Source: an uncultured Acidobacteriota bacterium
Lineage (GTDB): Bacteria; Acidobacteriota; Thermoanaerobaculia; Multivoradales; UBA5704
Direction: 5' to 3'
DNA: 64,000 nucleotides
Assembly (NCBI GenBank): GCA_963700145.1
Contig: OY969474.1
Location: 3,200,001-3,264,000 of the forward strand
Of the stretch, positions 36,768 to 47,343 are shown in pieces. The notes below the pieces were generated by a model. That model saw nothing but the letters and a program-made list of their open reading frames with translations, did not search any database and had not been told where the DNA came from. Both the position numbers and the translations under genes were made by a program. The stretch's first letter is position 1. Every line of letters begins with the position of its first letter.

Positions 36768-39464
36768 TCACTCGACGCGCAGGGTCGTCATCGGGTCGAC
36801 GCGGGTGGCGCGGAGAGCCGGGAGGAGGGAGGCGGCGAAGGCGGTGGCTGCTAGGACTGCCGCGGCGGCGGCGAGGCTTGCGGGGTCGGCGGGGGCGACG
36901 CCGTAGAGGAGGCCGGCGAGGCCTCGGCTGGCGGCGGCGGCCAGGGGGAGGCCGACGAGGAGGCCGAGGGCGCAGAGACCGAGCGCCCAGGCGGTGGTCG
37001 TCCAGGCGACGCGCGCCGAGCCGGCGCCGAGGGCGATGCGGATCGCGATCTCGCGCCGCCGCGCCGCCAGGGTGAAGGCGATCAGGCCGTAGAGGCCGAC
37101 CGCGGCCAGGACCAGCGCGATGACGGCGAAGAGGCCGAGGAGGACCGCCAGGAGGCGCTCGCGGCGGGTGGCCTCGGCGAGCACGCTGGACAGGGTGCGC
37201 GCGTCGTAGAGCGGCAGCTCGGGGTCGAGCCGGGCGACGCGCGCGCGCAGCGGCGGCAGCAGCGCCGCCGGGTCGCCGGCGCGCGCCCGCAGCAGCAGCG
37301 AGGCGCCGCGCAGCGGCAGGTCCGCCAGCTCGCCCGTGGTCTCCTGCCCCAGCGGGACGAAGACCTCCATGGAGTCGGCCGCCGCCAGGCTCTGCACCCG
37401 CTCGTCGGCGACCACCCCCACCACCGTCCGCCAGAGCGTCTCCTCCATCCCCTCGATCGCCAGCCGGTTGCCGAGCGGATTGCGGCCGCCGAAGAGCCGC
37501 CGCGCCAGGGTCTGGTTGATGACGACGACTGGCGGCGATGCCGCGTCGGTGCCGGGGTCGAAGCCGGGACCGCGCAGCAGGCGCACGCCGGCGGTGCGGA
37601 AGTACTCGGGGGTGACGATGCGCCGGTTGACGTCGATCACGGCCTCCGCGGCCGGCCGCCCTTCGAGGACGATGTCCGTCGTCCAGTTGCGCCCCTCGAG
37701 CCCGAGGCTGCTGGCGAGGGCGGCGTCCGCCACGCCGGGCAGGGCCCGCGCCTCGGCGAGGAGGCGCTGGTAGAAGGCGTGGACCTGCGCCTTCTCGGGA
37801 TAGCGCGCTCCCGGCAGCGCGAGGTCGACGGCGACGCGCCCCTCGGGGCGGAAGCCGGGGTCGACCGCCGTCAGCGCGCCCAGGCTGCGCAGCGTGATCG
37901 CCGCGCCCGCCAGCAGGACCATCGCCAGCGCCACCTCGGCAAAGACCAGGAAGCCGCGGCTCCACGGACCCTCCCGGCCCGCGGTGACGCGGCCGCCGCC
38001 CTGCCCGCGCAGCAACGGCGCGGGCGGCGCGCTCGCCAGGCGCAAGGCGGGTACCACGCCGAAGAGGAGCACCGCGAGGACGGTGGCGCCGAGCGCCGCG
38101 CCGAGCGCGGCCAGGCTGGTCCCCACCTCGTGGGCGCGCGGCAGGGTGTCGGCGGCGAGCCGCAGCAGCAGGCGGGTGCCGGCGGCGCCGAGCAGCGCGC
38201 CCACCGCACCGCCGAGGGCGGCGAGGACGAGGCTCTCGGTCACCAGTTGCCGCGCCAGCCGGCCGCGCGAGGCGCCCAGCGCGCCGCGCAGGCCCAGCTC
38301 GTGCGCCCGCGCGCCGGAGCGGGCGAGGAGCAGGCCGGCGGTGTTGGCGCAGGTGACGAGGAGGAGGGTGACGACGGCGGCGAGGAGCACCAGGAGCGGG
38401 CGGCGGACGTCCCCCACCAGCACCTCCTTGAGCGGCGTCGCGCCGGCGCCCATCAGCCGGTTGGTGTCGGGATAGCGGCGCTCGAGGCGCGCCGCGACGG
38501 CGGCGAGCTCGGCGTTGGCCGCGGCGACCGAGACGCCGGGCCGCAGGCGGGCCACGCCGTGCAGGAAGTGCGCGCGCCGGAACCACACCTCGCCGGCGGC
38601 GCTGCGCGGGAATTCCGACGGCACCCAGACGTCGAGGCCGGGCCGGGGGTAGGCGAAGCCGCGCGGCGCGACCCCGACGATCGTGCGCGGCTCGCCGTCG
38701 AGCTCGATGCGGCGCCCCAGGACCCTGGGGTCCCCCGCGAAGCGGCGGCGCCAGAGGTCGTGGCTGATGATCACCGTCCGCTCGCCCCCTTCCCAGTGCT
38801 CTTCGGCGTGGAAGTCGCGGCCGAGCCGCGGCGGCACGCCCAGGACGGTGAAGAAGCGGCCGAAGACGTCCACCCCCTCGACGCGCTCGGGGCGGCCGCC
38901 GCCGCCAAGCGCCCACCCGCCGACCCAGCCGCGGGCGGTCGCGCCCTCGAACGCCTTCACCTGCTCGCGCCAGTCGAGGAGGTTGGCCGGCGCCACCGAC
39001 TCGCGCTCCCAGCCGCGCTCGGGGTTGCTCTCCCAGAGCGCGACGAGCCGGTCGGGCGCCGGGTAGGGGAGCGGCGCGAGCAGGACGGCGTGGACGATCG
39101 GCACGATCGCCGTCACCGCGCCGATGCCGAGCCCGAGGACGACGATCGCGGTGGCGCTGAACGCCGGCTCCTTGCGCAGGACGCGCAGCGACCAGCGCAG
39201 GTCCCGCGTCGTGGTCTCGAAGAACGGCAGGCCGCGCTCGTCGCGGCAGGCCTCGCGCACCTGCTCGACGCCGCCGAAGTCGCGCAGCGCCGCCCGGCGC
39301 GCCGCCTCCGGCGTCAGGCCGCGGGCGCGGTGGCGCTCGGTCTCCATCTCGAGGTGGAAGCGCAGCTCCTCCTCGGTCTCGCGGTCGCGGGCGGCGGCGC
39401 GGGGCAGCGTCCGCAGCCGGTGGAGGAGGCTGCGCAGCGCCGGCCGCGCCCGCCCGCCGGTCAT
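36768..39464 (-). CDS. Acidobacterial duplicated orphan ABC permease (ADOP)
   Basis: [17 protein letters not shown], two MacB/FtsX units, C-terminal [14 protein letters not shown]. Confidence 0.92.
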   Translation of the reverse strand: MTGGRARPALRSLLHRLRTLPRAAARDRETEEELRFHLEMETERHRARGLTPEAARRAALRDFGGVEQVREACRDERGLPFFETTTRDLRWSLRVLRKEPAFSATAIVVLGLGIGAVTAIVPIVHAVLLAPLPYPAPDRLVALWESNPERGWERESVAPANLLDWREQVKAFEGATARGWVGGWALGGGGRPERVEGVDVFGRFFTVLGVPPRLGRDFHAEEHWEGGERTVIISHDLWRRRFAGDPRVLGRRIELDGEPRTIVGVAPRGFAYPRPGLDVWVPSEFPRSAAGEVWFRRAHFLHGVARLRPGVSVAAANAELAAVAARLERRYPDTNRLMGAGATPLKEVLVGDVRRPLLVLLAAVVTLLLVTCANTAGLLLARSGARAHELGLRGALGASRGRLARQLVTESLVLAALGGAVGALLGAAGTRLLLRLAADTLPRAHEVGTSLAALGAALGATVLAVLLFGVVPALRLASAPPAPLLRGQGGGRVTAGREGPWSRGFLVFAEVALAMVLLAGAAITLRSLGALTAVDPGFRPEGRVAVDLALPGARYPEKAQVHAFYQRLLAEARALPGVADAALASSLGLEGRNWTTDIVLEGRPAAEAVIDVNRRIVTPEYFRTAGVRLLRGPGFDPGTDAASPPVVVINQTLARRLFGGRNPLGNRLAIEGMEETLWRTVVGVVADERVQSLAAADSMEVFVPLGQETTGELADLPLRGASLLLRARAGDPAALLPPLRARVARLDPELPLYDARTLSSVLAEATRRERLLAVLLGLFAVIALVLAAVGLYGLIAFTLAARRREIAIRIALGAGSARVAWTTTAWALGLCALGLLVGLPLAAAASRGLAGLLYGVAPADPASLAAAAAVLAATAFAASLLPALRATRVDPMTTLRVE

Positions 39465-39793
39465 GAGGTGCGGAGCACCTGGAAGACGGCCGCGGCCAGC
39501 CGCTCCCAGCTCTCCGTCTCCGCGGCCAGCCCGCGCCGCCCGGCGGCGGTCAGCTCGTAGTAGCGGGCGCGGCGGTTGTTCTCGGAAGGCCCCCAGGACG
39601 AGCGGATCCACCCCTGGCGCTCCAGCCGGTGGACCGCCGGGTAGAGCGAGCCCTGCTGCACTTGCAGCACCTCGTCCGACATCTGCCGCAGCCGCTGCGC
39701 GATCCCCCAGCCGTGCATCGGGCCGCCGGCGAGGGCCTTGAGGATGAGCATGTCGAGCGTGCCCTGCAGGAGGTCCGACTTGTCGCTGGCCAT
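39461..39793 (-). CDS. PadR family transcriptional regulator
   Basis: [19 protein letters not shown]...GSLYPA...[10 protein letters not shown]. Confidence 0.95.
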   Translation of the reverse strand: MASDKSDLLQGTLDMLILKALAGGPMHGWGIAQRLRQMSDEVLQVQQGSLYPAVHRLERQGWIRSSWGPSENNRRARYYELTAAGRRGLAAETESWERLAAAVFQVLRTS

Positions 39794-39804
39794 GCGGCTC
39801 GCGT

Positions 39805-39863
39805 CTCCCTTTGACGTTCTACAGGAGGAGGGTAGGACCGCTCCTGTCGATTGTCAAGGGGAG
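39805..39863 (-). promoter_or_regulatory. PadR promoter with paired operator repeats
   Basis: 23-bp inverted repeat (19/23); minus-strand TTGACA, 17 bp spacer, TACCCT. Confidence 0.7.
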
Positions 39864-39875
39864 CCGCGCGGCAGC

Positions 39876-40268
39876 TCAGTCCAACTGGCGAAGGTAGATC
39901 TTGACCCCGTCGGGGTCGTGGGTCTCGAAGAGGAGGCTCTCGGCATCGCGGCGGAGGCCGCCGGGGATCTCCTTGTCGCGGAAGAGAATCTCTTCATACG
40001 CCTTCTCGGCCGAGGGGACCTGGAAGACCAGCAGCAGCTTGTGCTCCGGGCCCTGGTACTCGAAGACCTCGTCGTAGTCGCCGGAGTCGTCGCTGGCCGG
40101 GCGCCCAACGACCTCGATCACGCCGGGGCCGGCCAGGTAGAGGGCACCGCGCAGGTCCTCGCGCTCCCAGCTCGCGAGCCGCGGCAGCGCCAGCGACTCG
40201 CCGTAGAAGCGGCAGGTGCGCTCGAAGCTCCGCGCCCGCACCACCACCCGGAACTGTCTTATCTCCAT
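39876..40268 (-). CDS. VOC/glyoxalase family protein
   Basis: FYGESLAL...DPDGVKIYL. Confidence 0.8.
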   Translation of the reverse strand: MEIRQFRVVVRARSFERTCRFYGESLALPRLASWEREDLRGALYLAGPGVIEVVGRPASDDSGDYDEVFEYQGPEHKLLLVFQVPSAEKAYEEILFRDKEIPGGLRRDAESLLFETHDPDGVKIYLRQLD

Positions 40269-40292
40269 AGGCAAGAGTGTATCCTTCGCCGG

Positions 40293-41888
40293 ATGACCGC
40301 GCGCCGCCTGCTCGGGCTCGCCTGCCTCCTGCCCCTCGCCTTCGCCGCCGCACAGGGCGCCCGCACGGCGGCGCAGGGGGAAGGGACCGCGCGGGCGCCC
40401 GTCGTCACCCTCGAAGGCCAGGCGCTGGCGGTGCCGGTGACCCTCGCGCCGGCCGGGCCGCTGGTCGCGCTGGCGCCGCTCGCCAACGCCCTCGAAGGAA
40501 CGCTGGCGCGCGACGCCGAGAGCGGCAGCTGGACCCTCACCCTGCGGCAGGCGCCCGAGAAGCCGATCGTCCTCGCGCCCGGCAGCTCGGTCGTGACCGT
40601 CGGCGACAACATCGTCTCGCTATCGCAGCCGGTCAACCTGGGCGACGGCGGCCCGCAGGTGCCGGTCGACTTCCTCGAGCGGACCTACGGCGCGCTCGCC
40701 GGCTACGCCTTCGAGTGGCGCCCCACCGAGGCGCGGCTCGCCATCGGCCAACGCACCGCCAGGCAGGTGCCGGTCGCCGTCGACGTCGTCCACCTCCAGG
40801 ACACGACGACCGTCGTCCTGCAGTTCGGCGAGATGCCGCGCTACCGCCTCGTCGAGACGCCGGCGGGGGTCGAGGTGGAGGTCCTCTCCGACCGGCTGGC
40901 GATCCCGGCGACCCCCGTCGTCCAGGACCCGCTGGTGCAGAGCGTGACCGTCGAGCCGCAGCGGGTGCGGATCGCGCTCGCCCCCGGCGCGCGGGCGGAG
41001 AGCTACGTCCTCGAGAACCCCTTCCGGCTGGTCTTCGACATCCACGCCACCGACCTGGCGCAGCCGGCCGGGCCGGCCTTCACCCCGCCGGCGCGCCCGA
41101 GCGGCATCCGCACGATCGTCCTCGACCCCGGCCACGGCGGCGCCGAGACCGGCGCCATCGGCCCGGGCGGCGCGGCCGAGAAGGACCTGACGCTGCAGCT
41201 CGCCCGCGCGCTCGCCGACCGGCTGGCCTCGCGCCTCGGCGTGCGCGTCGTCCTGACCCGCACCGCCGATGCCCTCCTGCCGCTCGAGAGCCGCACCGCG
41301 ATCGCCAACCAGAACAAGGGCGACCTCTTCGTCTCGATCCACCTGAACTCCTCGCGCGGCGCCGGCGCGCACGGCGCCGAGACCTACTTCCTGAGCGCGC
41401 AGGCGACCGACCCGCGCGCCGCCCGCGCCGCGGCGGCCGAGAACGCCGCGGCGGCCGGGGCACCCATGCCGACCGAGGGGGACGCGGACCCGCTCTACGA
41501 CCTGCAGCTCATCCTCTGGGACCTGGCGCAGAGCCACCACCTGGCCGAGAGCCAGCGCTTCGCCGGCCTGGTGCAGCAGGAGCTCAACCAGGCGCTGGCG
41601 TTGCGCGACCGCGGCGTCAAGCAGGCGCCGTTCCGCGTGCTCGTGGGTGCGGCGATGCCGGCGGTGCTGGTCGAGCTCGGCTTCCTCAGCAACCCCGAGG
41701 AGGAGAAGAAGCTCGGCCAGGCGACCTACCGCGCCGAGCTGGTCGAGGCGCTGGTGCGCGCGATCGGCCGCTACAAGGAGTCGGTCGAGCAGACCGCGCA
41801 GCCCGCGGCGCCGGCGCCGGCCGGGCCCGCCGGCGGACCCGCCCAGCCCGCTCAGCCAGGAAAGCCGCCGGGGCAGCCGCCGCGATGA
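40293..41888 (+). CDS. N-acetylmuramoyl-L-alanine amidase (Amidase_3)
   Basis: IVLDPGHGG..EK, FVSIHLNS, PAVLVELGFLSN; signal peptide. Confidence 0.95.
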   Translation: MTARRLLGLACLLPLAFAAAQGARTAAQGEGTARAPVVTLEGQALAVPVTLAPAGPLVALAPLANALEGTLARDAESGSWTLTLRQAPEKPIVLAPGSSVVTVGDNIVSLSQPVNLGDGGPQVPVDFLERTYGALAGYAFEWRPTEARLAIGQRTARQVPVAVDVVHLQDTTTVVLQFGEMPRYRLVETPAGVEVEVLSDRLAIPATPVVQDPLVQSVTVEPQRVRIALAPGARAESYVLENPFRLVFDIHATDLAQPAGPAFTPPARPSGIRTIVLDPGHGGAETGAIGPGGAAEKDLTLQLARALADRLASRLGVRVVLTRTADALLPLESRTAIANQNKGDLFVSIHLNSSRGAGAHGAETYFLSAQATDPRAARAAAAENAAAAGAPMPTEGDADPLYDLQLILWDLAQSHHLAESQRFAGLVQQELNQALALRDRGVKQAPFRVLVGAAMPAVLVELGFLSNPEEEKKLGQATYRAELVEALVRAIGRYKESVEQTAQPAAPAPAGPAGGPAQPAQPGKPPGQPPR

Positions 41889-42454
41889 ACCGCCGGGCGG
41901 CGGGCCTGGTGCTCGCCATCGCCCTGCTGGTCGTCGCCGGCGGGCTCGTCTGGTGGTGGGCGCGCGGCCGGGACGGCGAGATCGCCGGCGCCGAGGGTCC
42001 GCCCCCCGGCGGCACCGGCAAGCGCATGACGCTCGAAGCCGTCCTCTACTTCCCCGGCCCGCAGGGCGGGCTGGTCGCCGAGCGGCGGCGCCTGGAGACG
42101 ACCGACGTGCCGGCACACCAGGTGTGGTCGGTGGTGCGCGCCGCGCTCGTCGGGCCGCAGAACGACGCGCTGGGGCGCATCTTTCCGGAGGACGTGAAGG
42201 TCGGGGCCGTCCTGATCGGGCCGGAGGGGACCGCCTACGTCGACCTCCGCGCGCCCGAGCGCCCGAACCCGCCTCCCGGCGGCTCGACCGCGGAGATGCA
42301 CATGGTTTACGGCCTGGTCAACGCGGTGACCGAGAGCGTGCCATCGGTGCGCTCGGTGGCCCTCCTCTGGAACGGCAGCCAGCGCATGACCTTCACAGGC
42401 CACCTCGACACCAGCCGCCCGCTCGCCGCCGACCGCTCGCTGGTGGCGCGCTGA
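41885..42454 (+). CDS. GerMN domain protein
   Basis: N-terminal TM; LYFP...LVGP...TAYVDL...GGSTAE...LVN; typical position before murI. Confidence 0.85.
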   Translation: MNRRAAGLVLAIALLVVAGGLVWWWARGRDGEIAGAEGPPPGGTGKRMTLEAVLYFPGPQGGLVAERRRLETTDVPAHQVWSVVRAALVGPQNDALGRIFPEDVKVGAVLIGPEGTAYVDLRAPERPNPPPGGSTAEMHMVYGLVNAVTESVPSVRSVALLWNGSQRMTFTGHLDTSRPLAADRSLVAR

Positions 42455-42477
42455 GCGCGGGAGAGGGCGCGACGCGC

Positions 42478-43272
42478 ATGGGCCCGATCGGCGTCTTCGA
42501 CTCCGGCCTCGGCGGCCTGACCGTCGCCGCGGCGCTGCGGCGCCGGCTGCCGAGCGAGTCGATCCTCTACCTCGGCGACACCGCGCGCCTCCCCTACGGC
42601 TCGAAGTCCCCCGAGACCGTCACCCGCTACACCCGGCGCAACATCGAGTTCCTGGAGGAGCGCGGGGTCAAGGCGGTGGTCGTGGCCTGCAACACCGCCT
42701 CGGCGCTGGCGCTGCCGCAGATGGAGACTCGCCTCCCGACCTGGGGGGTGATCGAGCCTGGGGCGCGGCGGGCGGCGGAGCTGTCGCGCGGCTCCGTCGG
42801 GGTGATCGGGACGGAGTCGACGGTGCGCTCGGGGGCCTACGCCCGCGCGCTCCAGGCGGTGCGCCCCGACCTCCAGGTGGTGAGCCGCGCCTGCCCCCTC
42901 TTCGTGCCGCTGGTCGAGGAAGGGTGGCACGACGATCCGCTGACCCAGGAGGTGGCGAAGCGCTATCTCGGGCCGCTCCTCGCCGCCGGGATCGACACCC
43001 TGGTCCTCGGCTGCACGCACTACCCGCTGCTGGTGCCGGTGCTGGAACGGGTGGCGGGGCCGGACGTGACCCTCGTCGATTCCGCCGAGGCGGTGGCCGA
43101 GGTCGTGGCGCAGGGCCTCGAGGCCGCCGGCCTGGCCGGCGCCGAGGGCGAGCCCACCTACAGCGTCTGCGTCACCGACGCCGGCGAAGGCTTCCGCAGC
43201 ATGGCCACCCGCATCCTCGGCCACGACCTCGAAGACGACCAGGTGACGATGGAGTGGGTGGAGGTGGTCTAG
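42478..43272 (+). CDS. murI: Glutamate racemase
   Basis: IGVFDSGLGG, VACNTAS, LGCTHYP. Confidence 0.97.
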   Translation: MGPIGVFDSGLGGLTVAAALRRRLPSESILYLGDTARLPYGSKSPETVTRYTRRNIEFLEERGVKAVVVACNTASALALPQMETRLPTWGVIEPGARRAAELSRGSVGVIGTESTVRSGAYARALQAVRPDLQVVSRACPLFVPLVEEGWHDDPLTQEVAKRYLGPLLAAGIDTLVLGCTHYPLLVPVLERVAGPDVTLVDSAEAVAEVVAQGLEAAGLAGAEGEPTYSVCVTDAGEGFRSMATRILGHDLEDDQVTMEWVEVV

Positions 43273-43288
43273 CGTCTAGAATCGCCGC

Positions 43289-44125
43289 GTGACGACCCCG
43301 CTCAGCTCGCCGCAGCCGCGCGCCCGGCCGAACGGGCGTGCCGCCGACGCGCTCCGGCCGCTGCGGCTGGAGACCGGGGTCATGAAGTTCGCCGAAGGGT
43401 CGGCGCTCATCGAGCTGGGGGACACGCGGGTGGTCGCGGCGGCGAGTGTCGAGAACCGGGTGCCGCCCTTCCTGCGCGACAGCGGGCGCGGCTGGCTGAC
43501 CGCGGAGTACTCGATGCTGCCGCGCGCCACCCACACGCGCGCGGCGCGCGAGGTGACGCAGGGGCGCCCCTCCGGCCGCACCGCCGAGATCCAGCGCCTG
43601 ATCGGCCGGAGCCTGCGCGCGGCGGTGGACCTCGGGGCGATGCCCGACCGCACGCTGATCCTCGACTGCGACGTCCTCCAGGCCGATGGCGGCACCCGCA
43701 CCGCGGCGGTCACCGCCGCCTACGTCGCGGCGGGCCTCGCGCTCGGCAGGCTCTTCCTGACCGGCGACCTCCCGGCCTGGCCTCTCCTCGGTCCGGTCGC
43801 CGCGGTCTCGGCCGGGCTGGTCGACGGCGTACCGCTCCTCGATCTCGAATACGTCGAGGACCAGGTCGCGGAGGTGGACATGAACGTCGTCGCCACCGAG
43901 GCCGGCGAGCTGATCGAGATCCAGGGCACGGGCGAGAAGCGGAGCTTCCGGCGCGACGAGATGGACGCGCTCGTGGACCTGGCGCTCAAGGGAATCGGCG
44001 AGCTCGCCGCCGCACAGCGGCAGGCGCTGGCGGCGACGCTCGAAGAGGTGGCCGCGGTGCGCGAGCGGCGCGGGCGGGGGCCGGCGGCGCCGAAGTCGGA
44101 GAAGGACCTCTGGGGCAGGCCGTGA
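43289..44125 (+). CDS. rph: Ribonuclease PH
   Basis: WLTAEYSMLPRAT, EIQRLIGRSLR, QADGGTRTA, IEIQGTGE. Confidence 0.97.
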   Translation: MTTPLSSPQPRARPNGRAADALRPLRLETGVMKFAEGSALIELGDTRVVAAASVENRVPPFLRDSGRGWLTAEYSMLPRATHTRAAREVTQGRPSGRTAEIQRLIGRSLRAAVDLGAMPDRTLILDCDVLQADGGTRTAAVTAAYVAAGLALGRLFLTGDLPAWPLLGPVAAVSAGLVDGVPLLDLEYVEDQVAEVDMNVVATEAGELIEIQGTGEKRSFRRDEMDALVDLALKGIGELAAAQRQALAATLEEVAAVRERRGRGPAAPKSEKDLWGRP

Positions 44126-44139
44126 AGAGCCCCCACCAC

Positions 44140-44227
44140 TGTCATTCCGAGCGCAGCGAGGAATCTGGGCGGGGGAAGGCCGGGAAGCAGCCCGCCCCCC
44201 AGATTCCTCGCTGCGCTCGGAATGACA
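44140..44227. repeat. REP/MITE-like palindromic element
   Basis: 30-bp perfect IR TGTCATTCCGAGCGCAGCGAGGAATCTGGG ... CCCAGATTCCTCGCTGCGCTCGGAATGACA. Confidence 0.85.
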
Positions 44228-44242
44228 AGTTGAGAGGCTGTC

Positions 44243-45178
44243 TTGCTCCATGTAATTAGCGGCGACTGCGCCGCCGAGGAGCTGCGGCGGGCCGGGCTGC
44301 CCGGCGAGGTGCTCGCCTGGCGCGACTCGCCGGCGGTGGGGCCGGCACCGGCGGCGGTGCCGGAGGCGGAGCGCCGCGCCCTTCGCGCCGCGTTCTGGGG
44401 GGTGCCGGAGGACGAGCTGCAGGACCCCGCGGCGGCGCACGCCGACGGCGGCGAGACCGTCTTCTGGTTCGACGGCTGCCCGTGGGACCAGGCGATGCTC
44501 GTCGAGCTGCTCGCTGCCGGCAACGGCGCCGCGCCGCCGTCCCTGATCCAGGTCGGCGAGCACCCCGAGGTCCCCGGCTACGCCGGTCTCGGACAGCTCT
44601 CGCCCGAGCAGCTCGCGGCCTTCTACCCCGAGCGCCGGCCGGTCACGCCCGCGCAGCGCGTGCTCGCCGCCGCCGCGTGGAGCGCGCTCGGCGCCGACGA
44701 CCCCCGGCCGCTCGCGGACCTCCTCGACGCGGACACCTCGCCGCTCCCCTATCTCGAGCCCGCGCTCGAGCGCCTCCTCGAAGAGCTTCCCTCGACAGCG
44801 AACGGCCTCTCCCGCACCGAGGAGCAGGTGCTCCGTGCGGTCGCCGACGGCGCCCGCCGGTTCCCCGACCTGCTGCGCGCCGTCGCCGCGATGGAGCGGC
44901 CGAGCCATGGCCTCTGGTTCGGCGACCGGGTCCTCGCCCTCACCCTCCGCGCGCTGGCCTCGGCGCCGGAGCCGGCCCTCGCCGCCGACGCGGTCGCGCT
45001 CACCCCCTTCGGCGAGGCCCTCCTCGCCGGCCGCGCCGACTGGGTGCGCGACCACGGCGTCGACCGCTGGCGCGGCGGCGTGCGGCTCGCGGGCCGCGGG
45101 CCGGTCTGGCGCTGGGACCCCGCGGCGCGGCGTCCGGTCCTAGGCGCGAAAGCTTTCGCGCCGGGCTCCGATTCTTAG
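44243..45178 (+). CDS. DUF1835-like protein
   Basis: MLHVISGDCAA...WRD...NGLSRTEEQVL...DRWRGGVRL. Confidence 0.75.
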   Translation: MLHVISGDCAAEELRRAGLPGEVLAWRDSPAVGPAPAAVPEAERRALRAAFWGVPEDELQDPAAAHADGGETVFWFDGCPWDQAMLVELLAAGNGAAPPSLIQVGEHPEVPGYAGLGQLSPEQLAAFYPERRPVTPAQRVLAAAAWSALGADDPRPLADLLDADTSPLPYLEPALERLLEELPSTANGLSRTEEQVLRAVADGARRFPDLLRAVAAMERPSHGLWFGDRVLALTLRALASAPEPALAADAVALTPFGEALLAGRADWVRDHGVDRWRGGVRLAGRGPVWRWDPAARRPVLGAKAFAPGSDS

Positions 45179-45185
45179 CCCGCGC

Positions 45186-45986
45186 ATGCTCCGCGTCGCG
45201 CGCGAGCTCTTCCGCTACCGCGGCCTCCTCTGGACGCTCACCGCCCGCGAGCTCAAGGCCCGTTACCGCGGCTCCGCGCTGGGCTTCCTCTGGTCGCTCG
45301 CCAACCCGCTGCTGCTCCTCGCCGTCTACACCTTCGTCTTCGCCGTCGTCTTCGAGCCCCGCATCGGCGGCGTGCCGAACTACCCCCTGTTCCTGGTCGC
45401 CGGCCTCTTCCCCTGGATCTGGGTCTCGTCGTCGCTGCTCGAAGGGTCGATGTCGCTGATCGCCAACGGCGGCCTCTTGCGCAAGGCGGTCTTCCCCGCC
45501 GAGCTGCTGCCGATGGTGGCGGTGCTCTCGAACCTCGTCCACTTCCTCCTCGCCATCCCGATCCTCCTCGTGGCGCTGGCGGCCGGCTACCTCCTCGACG
45601 CGCGGGTCGGCGGCCTGCCGGCGGTGCTGCTGCCGGCGGTGATCCTCCTCGAGCTGCCGCTCGTCGCCGGCCTGACGATCGGCATCGCGGCGCTCAACGT
45701 CCACTTCAAGGACGTGCGCGACCTTCTCGCCAACCTCTTGACGCTGCTCTTCTTCCTGACCCCGATCCTCTATCCGCTCTCGGCCGTCAAGAGCGACGTC
45801 CTGCGCTGGCTGGTGCGGCTCAACCCCTTCGCCCCCTTCACCCTGGCCTACCAGCAGACCCTCGTCGACGGCACCTGGCCGGAGCCGCTGCTCTGGGCGC
45901 AGATGGCGCTGGTGAGCCTCGTCGCCTGGGCGCTCGGCGCCTGGGTCTTCGACCGGCTGCGCGACACGTTGGTGGAGTCCGTGTGA
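45186..45986 (+). CDS. wzm: Polysaccharide ABC exporter permease
   Basis: RELKARYRGSALGFLWSLANPL, FLTPILYP, LNP. Confidence 0.92.
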   Translation: MLRVARELFRYRGLLWTLTARELKARYRGSALGFLWSLANPLLLLAVYTFVFAVVFEPRIGGVPNYPLFLVAGLFPWIWVSSSLLEGSMSLIANGGLLRKAVFPAELLPMVAVLSNLVHFLLAIPILLVALAAGYLLDARVGGLPAVLLPAVILLELPLVAGLTIGIAALNVHFKDVRDLLANLLTLLFFLTPILYPLSAVKSDVLRWLVRLNPFAPFTLAYQQTLVDGTWPEPLLWAQMALVSLVAWALGAWVFDRLRDTLVESV

Positions 45987-46068
45987 GTTTGATCCCATCT
46001 CCTCCCCTCCTGGCCTCCCCCCCGCACGGGGGGGAGGAACGTCTCTGGGTAGCATTCCGCGGCCCATC

Positions 46069-47340
46069 ATGAGCGACCTCCGTTCCGCCGCCATCCAGGT
46101 AGAGGGGCTGACCAAGCTCTTCCGCCGCGCCGCCCCCGGCGAGCAGCTGCGCACGCTCAAGAGCGCGCTCCTCGAAGGCAGCCTGACCGCGCGCCTCAAG
46201 CCCGAGGAGGCGATCGCGGCGCTCGAGGACGTGAGCTTCGAGGTCGGTCGCGGCGAGGCCTTCGGCGTCGTCGGCGGCAACGGCTCGGGGAAGAGCACGC
46301 TGCTGAAGCTCGTCGCCGGCATCCTTCGCCCGACCGCCGGGCGCGTCGTGGTGGACGGCCGCGTCGCCGCGCTCATCGAGCTCGGCGCCGGCTTCCACCC
46401 CGAGATCTCGGGGCGCGAGAACGTCTACATCAACGGCGCCATCCTGGGGCTCTCGCGGCGCGAGATCGACCGCCGCTACGACGCGATCGTCGAGTTCTCC
46501 GGCCTCGCCGACTTCATGGAGGAGCCGGTCAAGAACTACTCTTCCGGCATGTACGTGCGGCTGGGGTTCGCGGTGGCGGTGCACACCGACCCGGACGTGC
46601 TGCTGGTGGACGAAGTGCTGGCGGTCGGCGACGAGGCCTTCGCCCACCGCTGCCTGCGGCGGATCGAGGAGCACCTGGCGGCGGGCAGGACGCTGCTCTT
46701 CGTCAGCCACACGCTCGACCTGGTCGAGCAGGTCTGCGACCGCACGCTCTGGCTCGACGCCGGCCGCCCGCGCCTCCTCGGCGAGCCGCGGCGCGTGGTG
46801 GACGCCTACCGCCAGGCGGTGGCCGAAGAGGAAGGCCGCGAGCACCAGGCCGCGAAGGAGCAACAGGAGGGCGACGCCGCGGCGGCGGCGGCGCTGCGCT
46901 GGGGATCGGGGGAGGCGGAGGTCGCGGGGCTGCGGCTCCTGGCCGGCGCGGCGGGCGAAGAGCGCTACCACCTGGTCTCGGGCGAGCCCGCGGTCTTCGA
47001 GCTCACGGTGCGCGCCGCCCGCCCGCTCGCCGACTTCGTCTTCGGCATCGCCGTCGCCACGCCGCGCGGCGTCGAGGTCTGGGGCACCAACACCGACCTC
47101 GCCGGCTTCCGCCCGGCGCAGCTCGAGGGCGAGGCGGTCGTGCGCGTCGTCTGCCCGAGCCTGCGCCTCGCCGCCGGCGACTACGAGGTGGACGTCGCCG
47201 TCCACGCCAAGGAGGGCGCCCCCTACGACTACCGCCGCCGCGCCCTCACCTTCACCGTCACCGCCCCGGAGCGCGGCGTCGGCGTCTACCTGCCGGAGCA
47301 CCGCTGGGAGTTCGCGGGCGGAGTCAGGTGGGAGACTTAG
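46069..47340 (+). CDS. wzt: Polysaccharide ABC exporter ATPase with Wzt_C domain
   Basis: GGNGSGKST, YSSGMYVRLGFA, DEVLAVGD. Confidence 0.95.
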   Translation: MSDLRSAAIQVEGLTKLFRRAAPGEQLRTLKSALLEGSLTARLKPEEAIAALEDVSFEVGRGEAFGVVGGNGSGKSTLLKLVAGILRPTAGRVVVDGRVAALIELGAGFHPEISGRENVYINGAILGLSRREIDRRYDAIVEFSGLADFMEEPVKNYSSGMYVRLGFAVAVHTDPDVLLVDEVLAVGDEAFAHRCLRRIEEHLAAGRTLLFVSHTLDLVEQVCDRTLWLDAGRPRLLGEPRRVVDAYRQAVAEEEGREHQAAKEQQEGDAAAAAALRWGSGEAEVAGLRLLAGAAGEERYHLVSGEPAVFELTVRAARPLADFVFGIAVATPRGVEVWGTNTDLAGFRPAQLEGEAVVRVVCPSLRLAAGDYEVDVAVHAKEGAPYDYRRRALTFTVTAPERGVGVYLPEHRWEFAGGVRWET

Positions 47341-47343
47341 GAA

